A stretch of DNA of 64,000 bases from Leucoraja erinacea (taxonomy: Eukaryota), in NCBI RefSeq assembly GCF_028641065.1, contig NC_073405.1:12648001-12712000 (forward strand). The letters are read 5' to 3'. Shown here piece by piece: positions 1 through 13,300 of this stretch. The stretch's first letter is position 1; each line of letters begins with the position of its first letter. The notes under the pieces were generated by a model. It saw only the letters and a program-made list of their open reading frames with translations. It searched no databases and was not told where the DNA came from. A program made the position numbers and the translations under genes.

Positions 1-5
1 CGCAG

Positions 6-1363
6 AGAGGAAATGGTTAACAGCACCAGAGTGACAGCTGAATGTTTATTTCAAAATGTGTCCACCATGGAACCCATCAACCGAGAAGATGTTTATGATG
101 AATTTAACGAGATGACCAAAGACATTTCCTCACTGGGGCCATACGAACTGCAAAGCAACAGTCTCTATGTAGACGGTACTTATCAAAATATTCCTTGGTG
201 TTTTTCTTCATATTGTATTTGTCCATTCTACAGTAACTATTGATTTATAGACAAGTTCTTTGGTATTTACATATTTAGATCGGGGACAACCAGGCATGAT
301 ATCCTATAGGATCTGAGAAAGCAAACCTTAAATTCATTCACAGTCTTGCTCTTCGGAGCCTGCCTTTGCACAAACACACTGCCTCACTGGTATGACCCAC
401 ACACAAAAGGATTTTCTTCCTGATAAATGTTCAAGGAGAGGGAAAAAAATACCCGATTAAAAAGTTGCATGCTTTTTTAGAAGAAACAAAGTGCTAGAGT
501 AACTCAGCGGATCAGGCAGCATCACTGGAGAACGTGAATGGGTGACATTTCAGCTCAAAATCCTTCTTCAGACAGATTGTGGGGTGGTGGGGGGAGAAGA
601 AAGCTGTAAGAGAAGGGAGGCAGTACAAAGCACGTCATTAATAGGTGGACACAGGTGAGGTGGACTTTAGATACGCAGAAGGTTGGACAAAGGCCAGAGA
701 CGAAAAAACATAAAGTCTGGGGGAAAGGATTGAAGAGTCGCAAATTTGAAGCCAGAAAAAGGAATGTAGATGGAGGGCAAGTGGGAGGAGTTTACTAGGT
801 GTATGCCCAGTTGTTGTGGTTGGTGGGTTTTTAAAGGTTGCCTAAACTTGAACATTTAAATTTCAACCTTTATTTCTCTGTTTGTTTTCAGATTTCAATG
901 TACAGCACAATGTCAATGGTGAGTTTGTATCAAATGCATGAAATAATTGTCTTAAGCTACATTTGTTCTTCTCCATCTGTTGCTTAGACTCTGTAGAAAT
1001 CCAGTACTGGGAAACAGTTTTTAAACTATTTGAAAATCGTGGTACTCACAACATGCTAAATTGCTTACTCTATTTCCTCAGTTCCAGTTCCAACCGAGGT
1101 AACAAATCCCATTAAATACAACGTGACTTTCATTGTTGACAATCTGTCTATTGAAGAAATTCAAGCAAACCCTTCAGAAACAGCAACCATGATTGCAAAT
1201 GAGGTGAGAGAGTTTACCAATTAGTTTTCTGCTGATATACTACTTATTCATTCCCTTATTATGTCTAATTCTAACACAATTTTTCTTGCCCCCAGCTCAC
1301 AGACCTGTTTGAGAACAGCAGTGTCAATGCAACATTCTTAAAATGTGACGTGAAATCATTCAG
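6..1363 (+). CDS. SEA module 1 (family A)
   Basis: Exons 6-175, 892-918 (DFNVQHNVN), 1082-1203, 1296-1363; all AG/GT; 387 nt = 129 aa. Confidence 0.9.
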
Positions 1364-4300
1364 GTAACTCACAAAAAAAATTCCAATTAAATCATGAAAA
1401 TTGCATTCCTTTGTCTCCAAATTGTTAATGCACAGTGATTCCAAATGGTAAAGATGATAATCTCATAAACACATTTCCTACAAATATCAGTGCAAAGTCA
1501 ATATAAATTCTAACAGAATAAGACACGATGTGCTGGAGTATCTCAGCGGGTCAGTCGGCAAATCTGGAGAACATGGGTTGGCAGAGTTTTTGGTCGGGCC
1601 CTACTTCAGACTGATGGCAGTAGGGGTGAGAAAGCTGCAAGAGAGGTGGGAAGGGGATGACAAAGTGTGGCAAGTGATACGGGGATACAAGTGATGGGGA
1701 GGGAGCAGTTGATTGGCAAATGGTTACAGAAAATCCTGAGATGAGAAGACAAAAGGTTCAATATAGGAAGTTAGGCATAGAAGTCAAATTAATCATGAAA
1801 GTTGAGGAAGCATAGTGGAAGAGGAGAATGGGGGTAGGGAAGGGGTGAAGGGAAAAGGGGAAAATGGGTGCATATTCAAGTGTAGCACAGGGAAGAGTGG
1901 GGAGGAAATTGTGGGGTAGAGGAGCATTTGTGGGATGACACGTAAAATTGAACAACTCATTGTTCATACAGTTAGTTTGTAGATTGTCACGTAAAATGAT
2001 TCATGTTGTTAAGCTCCAAATCCACACATTAAATAATGAGATGATTTTCCTCCAACTTAAATATGGTCTCCCTCAGACTATAGATGGGCTAGAGACGGAC
2101 AAATTGAGAGTCAGATTTCTCTGACCATTGCTTAGACACCAGTAAAGAGCCACGGCAACATTTCAGCTGTGCTCTTGCTGGCATTGCAAACAACTTTGCA
2201 CAAAATTCTTTTACACTTTTCACAAATGTCTTTTGCTTTATCGCAGAGAGGAAATGGTTAACAGCACCAGAGTGACAGCTGAATGTTTATTTCAAAATGT
2301 GTCCACCATGGAACCCATCAACCGAGAAGATGTTTATGATGAATTTAACGAGATGACCAAAGACATTTCCTCACTGGGGCCATACGAACTGCAAAGCAAC
2401 AGTCTCTATGTAGACGGTACTTATCAAAATATTCCTTGGTGTTTTTCTTCATATTGTATTTGTCCAATCTACAGTAACTATTGATTTATAGACAAGTTCT
2501 TTGGTATTTACATATTTAGATCGGGGACAACCAGGCATGATATCCTATAGGATCTGAGAAGGCAAACCTTAATTTCATTCACAGTCTTGCTCTTCGGAGC
2601 CGGCCTTTGCACAAACACACGGCCTCACTGTTATGACCCACACACAAAAGGGATTTTTTCCCTAATAAATGTTCAAGGAGAGGGAAAAAAATACCCGATT
2701 AAAAGGTTGCATGCTTTTTTAGAAGAAACAAAGTGCTAGAGTAACTCAGCGGATCAGGCAGCATCACTGGAGAACGTGAATGGGTGACATTTCAGCTCAA
2801 AATCCTTCTTCAGACAGATTGTGGGGTGGGGGGGGAGAAGAAAAAGCTGTAAGAGAAGGGAGGCAGTACAAAGCACGTCATTAATAGGTGGACACAGGTG
2901 AGGTGGAGTTTAGATACGCAGAAGGTTGGACAAAGGCCAGAGACGAAAAAAAACATAAAGTCTGGGGGAAAGGATTGAAGAGTTGCAAATTTGAAGCCAG
3001 AAAAGGAATGTAGATGGAGGGCAAGTGGGAGGAGTTTACTAGGTGTATGCCCAGTTGTTGTGGTTGGTGGGTTTTTAAAGGTTGCCTAAACTTGAACATT
3101 TAAATTTCAACCTTTATTTCTCTGTTTGTTTTCAGATTTCAATGTACAGCACAATGTCAATGGTGAGTTTGTATCAAATGCATGAAATAATTGTCTTAAG
3201 CTACATTTGTTCTTCTCCATCTGTTGCTTAGACTCTGTAGAAATCCAGTACTGGGAAACAGTTTTTAAACTATTTGAAAATCGTGGTACTCACAACATGC
3301 TAAATTGCTTACTCTATTTCCTCAGTTCCAGTTCCAACCGAGGTAACAAATCCCATTAAATACAACGTGACTTTCATTGTTGACAATCTGTCTATTGAAG
3401 AAATTCAAGCAAACCCTTCAGAAACAGCAACCATGATTGCAAATGAGGTGAGAGAGTTTACCAATTAGTTTTCTGCTGATATACTACTTATTCATTCCCT
3501 TATTATGTCTAATTCTAACACAATTTTTCTTGCCCCCAGCTCACAGACCTGTTTGAGAACAGCAGTGTCAATGCAACATTCTTAAAATGTGACGTGAAAT
3601 CATTCAGGTAACTCACAAAAAAAATTCCAATTAAATCATGAAAATTGCATTCCTTTGTCTCCAAATTGTTAATGCACAGTGATTCCAAATGGTAAAGATG
3701 ATAATCTCATAAACACATTTCCTACAAATATCAGTGCAAAGTCAATATAAATTCTAACAGAATAAGACACGATGTGCTGGAGTATCTCAGCGGGTCAGTC
3801 GGCAAATCTGGAGAACATGGGTTGGCAGAGTTTTTGGTCGGGCCCTACTTCAGACTGATTGCAGTAGGGGTGAGAAAGCTGCAAGAGAGGTGGGAAGGGG
3901 ATGACAAAGTGTGGCAAGTGATACGGGGATACAAGTGATGGGGAGGGAGCAGTTGATTGGCAAATGGTTACAGAAAATCCTGAGATGAGAAGACAAAAGG
4001 TTCAATATAGGAAGTTAGGCATAGAAGTCAAATTAATCATGAAAGTTGAGGAAGCATAGTGGAAGAGGAGAATGGGGGTAGGGAAGGGGTGAAGGGAAAA
4101 GGGAAAAATGGGTGCATATTCAAGTGTAGCACAGGGAAGAGTGGGGAGGAAATTGTGGGGTAGAGGAGCATTTGTGGGATGACACGTAAAATTGAACAAC
4201 TCATTGTTCATACAGTTAGTTTGTAGATTGTCACGTAAAATGATTCATGTTGTTAAGCTCCAAATCCACACATTAAATAATGAGATGATTTTCCTCCAAC

Positions 4301-7300
4301 TTAAATATGGTCTCCCTCAGACTATAGATGGGCTAGAGACGGACAAATTGAGAGTCAGATTTCTCTGACCATTGCTTAGACACCAGTAAAGAGCCACGGC
4401 AACATTTCAGCTGTGCTCTTGCTGGCATTGCAAAACAACTTTGCACAAAATTCTTTTACACTTTTCACAAATGTCTTTTGCTTTATCGCAGAGAGGAAAT
4501 GGTTAACAGCACCAGAGTGACAGCTGAATGTTTATTTCAAAATGTGTCCACCATGGAACCCATCAACCGAGAAGATGTTTATGATGAATTTAACGAGATG
4601 ACCAAAGACATTTCCTCACTGGGGCCATACGAACTGCAAAGCAACAGTCTCTATGTAGACGGTACTTATCAAAATATTCCTTGGTGTTTTTCTTCATATT
4701 GTATTTGTCCAATCTACAGTAACTATTGATTTATAGACAAGTTCTTTGGTATTTACATATTTAGATCGGGGACAACCAGGCATGATATCCTATAGGATCT
4801 GAGAAAGCAAACCTTAAATTCATTCACAGTCTTGCTCTTCGGAGCCTGCCTTTGCACAAACACACTGCCTCACTGGTATGACCCACACACAAAAGGATTT
4901 TCTTCCTGATAAATGTTCAAGGAGAGGGAAAAAAATACCCGATTAAAAAGTTGCATGCTTTTTTAGAAGAAACAAAGTGCTAGAGTAACTCAGCGGATCA
5001 GGCAGCATCACTGGAGAACGTGAATGGGTGACATTTCAGCTCAAAATCCTTCTTCAGACAGATTGTGGGGTGGTGGGGGGAGAAGAAAGCTGTAAGAGGC
5101 AGTACAAAGCACGTCATTAATAGGTGGACACAGGTGAGGTGGACTTTAGATACGCAGAAGGTTGGACAAAGGCCAGAGACGAAAAAACATAAAGTCTGGG
5201 GGAAAGGATTGAAGAGTTGCAAATTTGAAGCCAGAAAAAGGAATGTAGATGGAGGGCAAGTGGGAGGAGTTTACTAGGTGTATGCCCAGTTGTTGTGGTT
5301 GGTGGGTTTTTAAAGGTTGCCTAAACTTGAACATTTAAATTTCAACCTTTATTTCTCTGTTTGTTTTCAGATTTCAATGTACAGCACAATGTCAATGGTG
5401 AGTTTGTATCAAATGCATGAAATAATTGTCTTAAGCTACATTTGTTCTTCTCCATCTGTTGCTTAGACTCTGTAGAAATCCAGTACTGGGAAACAGTTTT
5501 TAAACTATTTGAAAATCGTGGTACTCACAACATGCTAAATTGCTTACTCTATTTCCTCAGTTCCAGTTCCAACCGAGGTAACAAATCCCATTAAATACAA
5601 CGTGACTTTCATTGTTGACAATCTGTCTATTGAAGAAATTCAAGCAAACCCTTCAGAAACAGCAACCATGATTGCAAATGAGGTGAGAGAGTTTACCAAT
5701 TAGTTTTCTGCTGATATACTACTTATTCATTCCCTTATTATGTCTAATTCTAACACAATTTTTCTTGCCCCCAGCTCACAGACCTGTTTGAGAACAGCAG
5801 TGTCAATGCAACATTCTTAAAATGTGACGTGAAATCATTCAGGTAACTCACAAAAAAAATTCCAATTAAATCATGAAAATTGCATTCCTTTGTCTCCAAA
5901 TTGTTAATGCACAGTGATTCCAAATGGTAAAGATGATAATCTCATAAACACATTTCCTACAAATATCAGTGCAAAGTCAATATAAATTCTAACAGAATAA
6001 GACACGATGTGCTGGAGTATCTCAGCGGGTCAGTCGGCAAATCTGGAGAACATGGGTTGGCAGAGTTTTTGGTCGGGCCCTACTTCAGACTGATTGCAGT
6101 AGGGGTGAGAAAGCTGCAAGAGAGGTGGGAAGGGGATGACAAAGTGTGGCAAGTGATACGGGGATACAAGTGATGGGGAGGGAGCAGTTGATTGGCAAAT
6201 GGTTACAGAAAATCCTGAGATGAGAAGACAAAAGGTTCAATATAGGAAGTTAGGCATAGAAGTCAAATTAATCATGAAAGTTGAGGAAGCATAGTGGAAG
6301 AGGAGAATGGGGGTAGGGAAGGGGTGAAGGGAAAAGGGGAAAATGGGTGCATATTCAAGTGTAGCACAGGGAAGAGTGGGGAGGAAATTGTGGGGTAGAG
6401 GAGCATTTGTGGGATGACACGTAAAATTGAACAACTCATTGTTCATACAGTTAGTTTGTAGATTGTCACGTAAAATGATTCATGTTGTTAAGCTCCAAAT
6501 CCACACATTAAATAATGAGATGATTTTCCTCCAACTTAAATATGGTCTCCCTCAGACTATAGATGGGCTAGAGACGGACAAATTGAGAGTCAGATTTCTC
6601 TGACCATTGCTTAGACACCAGTAAAGAGCCACGGCAACATTTCAGCTGTGCTCTTGCTGGCATTGCAAACAACTTTGCACAAAATTCTTTTACACTTTTC
6701 ACAAATGTCTTTTGCTTTATCGCAGAGAGGAAATGGTTAACAGCACCAGAGTGACAGCTGAATGTTTATTTCAAAATGTGTCCACCATGGAACCCATCAA
6801 CCGAGAAGATGTTTATGATGAATTTAACGAGATGACCAAAGACATTTCCTCACTGGGGCCATACGAACTGCAAAGCAACAGTCTCTATGTAGACGGTACT
6901 TATCAAAATATTCCTTGGTGTTTTTCTTCATATTGTATTTGTCCAATCTACAGTAACTATTGATTTATAGACAAGTTCTTTGGTATTTACATATTTAGAT
7001 CGGGGACAACCAGGCATGATATCCTATAGGATCTGAGAAAGCAAACCTTAAATTCATTCACAGTCTTGCTCTTCGGAGCCTGCCTTTGCACAAACACACT
7101 GCCTCACTGGTATGACCCACACACAAAAGGATTTTCTTCCTGATAAATGTTCAAGGAGAGGGAAAAAAATACCCGATTAAAAAGTTGCATGCTTTTTTAG
7201 AAGAAACAAAGTGCTAGAGTAACTCAGCGGATCAGGCAGCATCACTGGAGAACGTGAATGGGTGACATTTCAGCTCAAAATCCTTCTTCAGACAGATTGT

Positions 7301-10300
7301 GGGGTGGTGGGGGGAGAAGAAAGCTGTAAGAGGCAGTACAAAGCACGTCATTAATAGGTGGACACAGGTGAGGTGGACTTTAGATACGCAGAAGGTTGGA
7401 CAAAGGCCAGAGACGAAAAAACATAAAGTCTGGGGGAAAGGATTGAAGAGTTGCAAATTTGAAGCCAGAAAAAGGAATGTAGATGGAGGGCAAGTGGGAG
7501 GAGTTTACTAGGTGCATGCCCAGTTGTTGTTGTGGTTGGTGGGTTTTTAAAGGTTGCCTAAACTTGAACATTTAAATTTCAACCTTTATTTCTCTGTTTG
7601 TTTTCAGATTTCAATGTACAGCACAATGTCAATGGTGAGTTTGTATCAAATGCATGAAATAATTGTCTTAAGCTACATTTGTTCTTCTCCATCTGTTGCT
7701 TAGACTCTGTAGAAATCCAGTACTGGGAAACAGTTTTTAAACTATTTGAAAATCGTGGTACTCACAACATGCTAAATTGCTTACTCTATTTCCTCAGTTC
7801 CAGTTCCAACCGAGGTAACAAATCCCATTAAATACAACGTGACTTTCATTGTTGACAATCTGTCTATTGAAGAAATTCAAGCAAACCCTTCAGAAACAGC
7901 AACCATGATTGCAAATGAGGTGAGAGAGTTTACCAATTAGTTTTCTGCTGATATACTACTTATTCATTCCCTTATTATGTCTAATTCTAACACAATTTTT
8001 CTTGCCCCCAGCTCACAGACCTGTTTGAGAACAGCAGTGTCAATGCAACATTCTTAAAATGTGACGTGAAATCATTCAGGTAACTCACAAAAAAAATTCC
8101 AATTAAATCATGAAAATTGCATTCCTTTGTCTCCAAATTGTTAATGCACAGTGATTCCAAATGGTAAAGATGATAATCTCATAAACACATTTCCTACAAA
8201 TATCAGTGCAAAGTCAATATAAATTCTAACAGAATAAGACACGATGTGCTGGAGTATCTCAGCGGGTCAGTCGGCAAATCTGGAGAACATGGGTTGGCAG
8301 AGTTTTTGGTCGGGCCCTACTTCAGACTGATGGCAGTAGGGGTGAGAAAGCTGCAAGAGAGGTGGGAAGGGGATGACAAAGTGTGGCAAGTGATACGGGG
8401 ATACAAGTGATGGGGAGGGAGCAGTTGATTGGCAAATGGTTACAGAAAATCCTGAGATGAGAAGACAAAAGGTTCAATATAGGAAGTTAGGCATAGAAGT
8501 CAAATTAATCATGAAAGTTGAGGAAGCATAGTGGAAGAGGAGAATGGGGGTAGGGAAGGGGTGAAGGGAAAAGGGGAAAATGGGTGCATATTCAAGTGTA
8601 GCACAGGGAAGAGTGGGGAGGAAATTGTGGGGTAGAGGAGCATTTGTGGGATGACACGTAAAATTGAACAACTCATTGTTCATACAGTTAGTTTGTAGAT
8701 TGTCACGTAAAATGATTCATGTTGTTAAGCTCCAAATCCACACATTAAATAATGAGATGATTTTCCTCCAACTTAAATATGGTCTCCCTCAGACTATAGA
8801 TGGGCTAGAGACGGACAAATTGAGAGTCAGATTTCTCTGACCATTGCTTAGACACCAGTAAAGAGCCACGGCAACATTTCAGCTGTGCTCTTGCTGGCAT
8901 TGCAAACAACTTTGCACAAAATTCTTTTACACTTTTCACAAATGTCTTTTGCTTTATCGCAGAGAGGAAATGGTTAACAGCACCAGAGTGACAGCTGAAT
9001 GTTTATTTCAAAATGTGTCCACCATGGAACCCATCAACCGAGAAGATGTTTATGATGAATTTAACGAGATGACCAAAGACATTTCCTCACTGGGGCCATA
9101 CGAACTGCAAAGCAACAGTCTCTATGTAGACGGTACTTATCAAAATATTCCTTGGTGTTTTTCTTCATATTGTATTTGTCCAATCTACAGTAACTATTGA
9201 TTTATAGACAAGTTCTTTGGTATTTACATATTTAGATCGGGGACAACCAGGCATGATATCCTATAGGATCTGAGAAAGCAAACCTTAAATTCATTCACAG
9301 TCTTGCTCTTCGGAGCCTGCCTTTGCACAAACACACTGCCTCACTGGTATGACCCACACACAAAAGGATTTTCTTCCTGATAAATGTTCAAGGAGAGGGA
9401 AAAAAATACCCGATTAAAAAGTTGCATGCTTTTTTAGAAGAAACAAAGTGCTAGAGTAACTCAGCGGATCAGGCAGCATCACTGGAGAACGTGAATGGGT
9501 GACATTTCAGCTCAAAATCCTTCTTCAGACAGATTGTGGGGTGGTGGGGGGAGAAGAAAGCTGTAAGAGGCAGTACAAAGCACGTCATTAATAGGTGGAC
9601 ACAGGTGAGGTGGACTTTAGATACGCAGAAGGTTGGACAAAGGCCAGAGACGAAAAAACATAAAGTCTGGGGAAAAGGATTGAAGAGTTGCAAATTTGAA
9701 TCCAGAAAAAGGAATGTAGATGGAGGGCAAGTGGGAGGAGTTTACTAGGTGCATGCCCAGTTGTTGTTGTGGTTGGTGGGTTTTTAAAGGTTGCCTAAAC
9801 TTGAACATTTAAAGTTCAACTTATATTTCTCTGTTTGTTTTCAGATTTCAATGTACAGCACAATGTCAATGGTGAGTTTGTATCAAATGCATGAAATAAT
9901 TGTCTAACACTACATTTGTTCTTCTCAACCTGTTGCTTAAACTCTGTAGAAATCCAGTACTAGGAAACAGTTTTTAAACTATTTGAAAATTGAGGTACTC
10001 ACAACATGCTAAATTGCTTACTCTATTTCCACAGTTCCAGTTCCAACCGAGGTAACAAATCCCATTAAATACAACGTGACTTTCATTGTTGACAATCTGT
10101 CTATTGAAGAAATTCAAGCAAACCCTTCAGAAACAACAACCATGATTGCAAATGAGGTGAGAGAGTTTACCAATTAGTTTTCTGCTGATATACTACTTAT
10201 TCATCCCATTTTTATGTCTAATTCTAACACAATTTTTCTTGCCCCCAGCTCACAGACCTGTTTGAGAACAGCAGTGTCAATGCAACATTCTTAAAATGTG

Positions 10301-13300
10301 ACGTGAAATCATTCAGGTAACTCACAAAAAAAATTCCAATTAAATCATGAAAATTGCATTCCTTTGTCTCCAAATTGTTAATGCACAGTGATTCCAAATG
10401 GTAAAGATGATAATCTCATAAACACATTTCCTACAAATATCAGTGCAAAGTCAATATAAATTCTAACAGAATAAGACACGATGTGCTGGAGTATCTCAGT
10501 GGGTCAGTCGGCAAATCTGGAGAACATGGGTTGGCAGAGTTTTGGGTCGGGCCCTACTTCAGACTGATTGCAGTAGGGGTGAGAAAGCTGCAAGAGAGGT
10601 GGGAAGGGGATGACAAAGTGTGGCAAGTGATACGGGGATACAAGTGATGGGGAGGGAGCAGTTGATTGGCAAATGGTTACAGAAAATCCTGAGATGAGAA
10701 GACAAAAGGTTCAATATAGGAAGTTAGGCATAGAAGTCAAATTAATCATGAAAGTTGAGGAGGCATAGTGGAAGAGGAGAATGGGGGTAGGGAAGGGGTG
10801 AAGGGAAAAGGGGAAAATGGGTGCATATTCAAGTGTAGCACAGGGAAGAGTGGGGAGGAAATTGTGGGGTAGAAGGGCATTTGTAGGTTGACACGTAAAA
10901 TTGAACAACTCATTGTTCATACAGTTAGTTTGTAGGTTGTCACGTAAAATGATTCATGTTGTTAAGCTCCGAATCCACACATTAAATAATGAGATGATTT
11001 TCCTCCAACTTAAATATGGTCTCCCTCTGGCTATAGATAGGCTGGAGATGGACAAATTGAGAGTCAGATTTCTCTGACCATTGCTTAGACACCAGTAATG
11101 CGCCACGGCAACATTTCAGCTGTGCTCTTGCTGGCATTGCAAACAACTTTGCACTAAATTATTTTACACTTATCACAAATGTCTTTTGCTTTATCGCAGA
11201 GAGGAAATGGTTAACAGCACCAGAGTGACAGCCGAATGTTTATTTCAAAATGTGTCCACCATCGAACCCATCAACCGAGAAGATGTTTATGATGAATTTA
11301 GCGAGATGACCAAAGACATTTCCTCACTGGGGCCATACAAACTGCAAAGCAACAGCCTCTATGTAGACGGTACTTATCAAAATATTCCTTGGTGTTTTTC
11401 TTCATATTGTATTTGTCCAATCTACAGTAACTATTGATTTATAGACAAGTTCTTTGGTATTTACATATTTAGATCAGGGACAACCAGGCATGATATCCTA
11501 TAGGATCTGAGAAAGCAAACCTTAAAATCATTCACAGTCTTGCTCTTCGGAGCCTGCTTTTGCACAAACACACTGCCTCACTGGTATGACCCACTCAAAA
11601 AAGGGTTTTCTTCCTGATAAATGTTCAAGGAGAGGCAAAAAATACCCGATTAAAAAGTTGCATGCTTCTTTAGAAGAAACAAAGTGCTAGAGTAACTCAG
11701 GGAGTCAGGCAGCATCACTAGAGAACGTGAATGGGTGACATTTCAGCTCAAAATCCTTCTTCTGACTGTTTGTGGGGTGAGAAGAAAGCTTTAAGAGAAG
11801 GGAGGCAGTACAAAGCACGTCATTAATAGGTGGGCACAGTTGAGGTGGAGTTTAGATACACAGAAGGTTGGACAAAGGCCAGAGACGAAAAAACATAAAG
11901 TGTGAGGGAAAGGATTGAAGAGTTGCAAATTTGAAGCCAGAAAAAGGAATGTAGATGGAGGGCAAGTGGGAGGAGTTTACTAGGTGCATGCCCAGTTGTT
12001 GTTGTGGTTGGTGGGTTTTTAAAGGTTGCCTAAACTTGAACATTTAAAGTTCAACCTTTATTTCTCTGTTTGTTTTCAGATTTCAATGTACAGCACAATG
12101 TCAATGGTGAGTTTGTATCAAATGCATGAAATAATTGTCTAACACTACATTTGTTCTTCTCAACCTGTTGCTTAAACTCTGTAGAAATCCAGACCTAGGA
12201 AACAGTTTTTAAACTATTTGAAAATTGTGGTACTCACAACATGCTAAATTGCTTACTCTATTTCCACAGTTCCAGTTCCAACCGAGGTAACAAATCCCAT
12301 TAAATACAACGTGACTTTCATTGTTGACAATCTGTCTATTGAAGAAATTCAAGCAAACCCTTCAGAAACAACAACCATGATTGCAAATGAGGTGAGAGAG
12401 TTTACCAATTAGTTTTCTGCTGATATACTACTTATTCATCCCTTTTTTTATGTCTAATTCTAACACAATTTTTCTTGCCCCCAGCTCACAGACCTGTTTG
12501 AGAACAGCAGTGTCAATGCAACATTCTTAAAATGTGACGTGAAATCATTCAGGTAACTCACAAAAAAAATTCCAATTAAATCATGAAAATTGCATTCCTT
12601 TGTCTCCAAATTGTTAATGCACAGTGATTCCAAATGGTAAAGATGATAATCTCATAAACACATTTCCTACAAATATCAGTGCAAAGTCAATATAAATTCT
12701 AACAGAATAAGACACGATGTGCTGGAGTATCTCAGTGGGTCAGTCGGCAAATGTGGAGAACATGGGGTGGCAGAGTTTTTGGTCGGGCCCTACTTCAGAC
12801 TGATTGCAGTAGGGGTGAGAAAGCTGCAAGAGAGGTGGGAAGGGGATGACAAAGTGTGGCAAGTGATACGGGGATACAAGTGATGGGGAGGGAGCAGTTG
12901 ATTGGCAAATGGTTACAGAAAATCCTGAGATGAGAAGACAAAAGGTTCAATATAGGAAGTTAGGCATAGAAGTCAAATTAATCATGAAAGTTGAGGAGGC
13001 ATAGTGGAAGAGGAGAATGGGGGTAGGGAAGGGGTGAAGGGAAAAGGGGAAAATGGGTGCATATTCAAGTGTAGCACAGGGAAGAGTGGGGAGGAAATTG
13101 TGGGGTAGAAGGGCATTTGTAGGTTGACACGTAAAATTGAACAACTCATTGTTCTTACAGTTAGTTTGTAGGTTGTCACGTAAAATGATTCATGTTGTTA
13201 AGCTCCAAATCCACACATTAGATAATGAGATGATTTTCCTCCAACTTAAATATGGTCTCCCTCAGACTATAGATGGGCTAGAGACGGACAAATTGAGAGT

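Noticed and set aside
13-243. Repeated 68-83 aa ORFs as a tandem family of small single-exon genes
   Set aside because: They are exon A plus intron read-through. SEA similarity stops at the conserved G|GTAC donor, and most of the listed starts are TTG in the polypyrimidine tract.
176-243. Cys-rich tail GTYQNIPWCFSSYCICP as an alternative secreted C-terminus
   Set aside because: The stop position varies between copies (premature in module 8, GTYQNIL* in family B) and there is no consistent poly(A) signal.
541-575. Functional hammerheads in the array A introns
   Set aside because: The minus-strand core CTGAAGA...GAAATGTC is present, but helix II is broken (ggattttgagct), so it is treated as decayed.
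555-1967. Recurrent minus-strand ORFs (MFKFRQPLK..., MNNELFNFT...) as antisense genes
   Set aside because: They are low-complexity Penelope UTR remnants, frameshifted between copies, and recur only because the unit is duplicated.
2560-3010. Private variants in the module 2 intron as biological signal
   Set aside because: Many are homopolymer-length changes typical of long-read consensus error.
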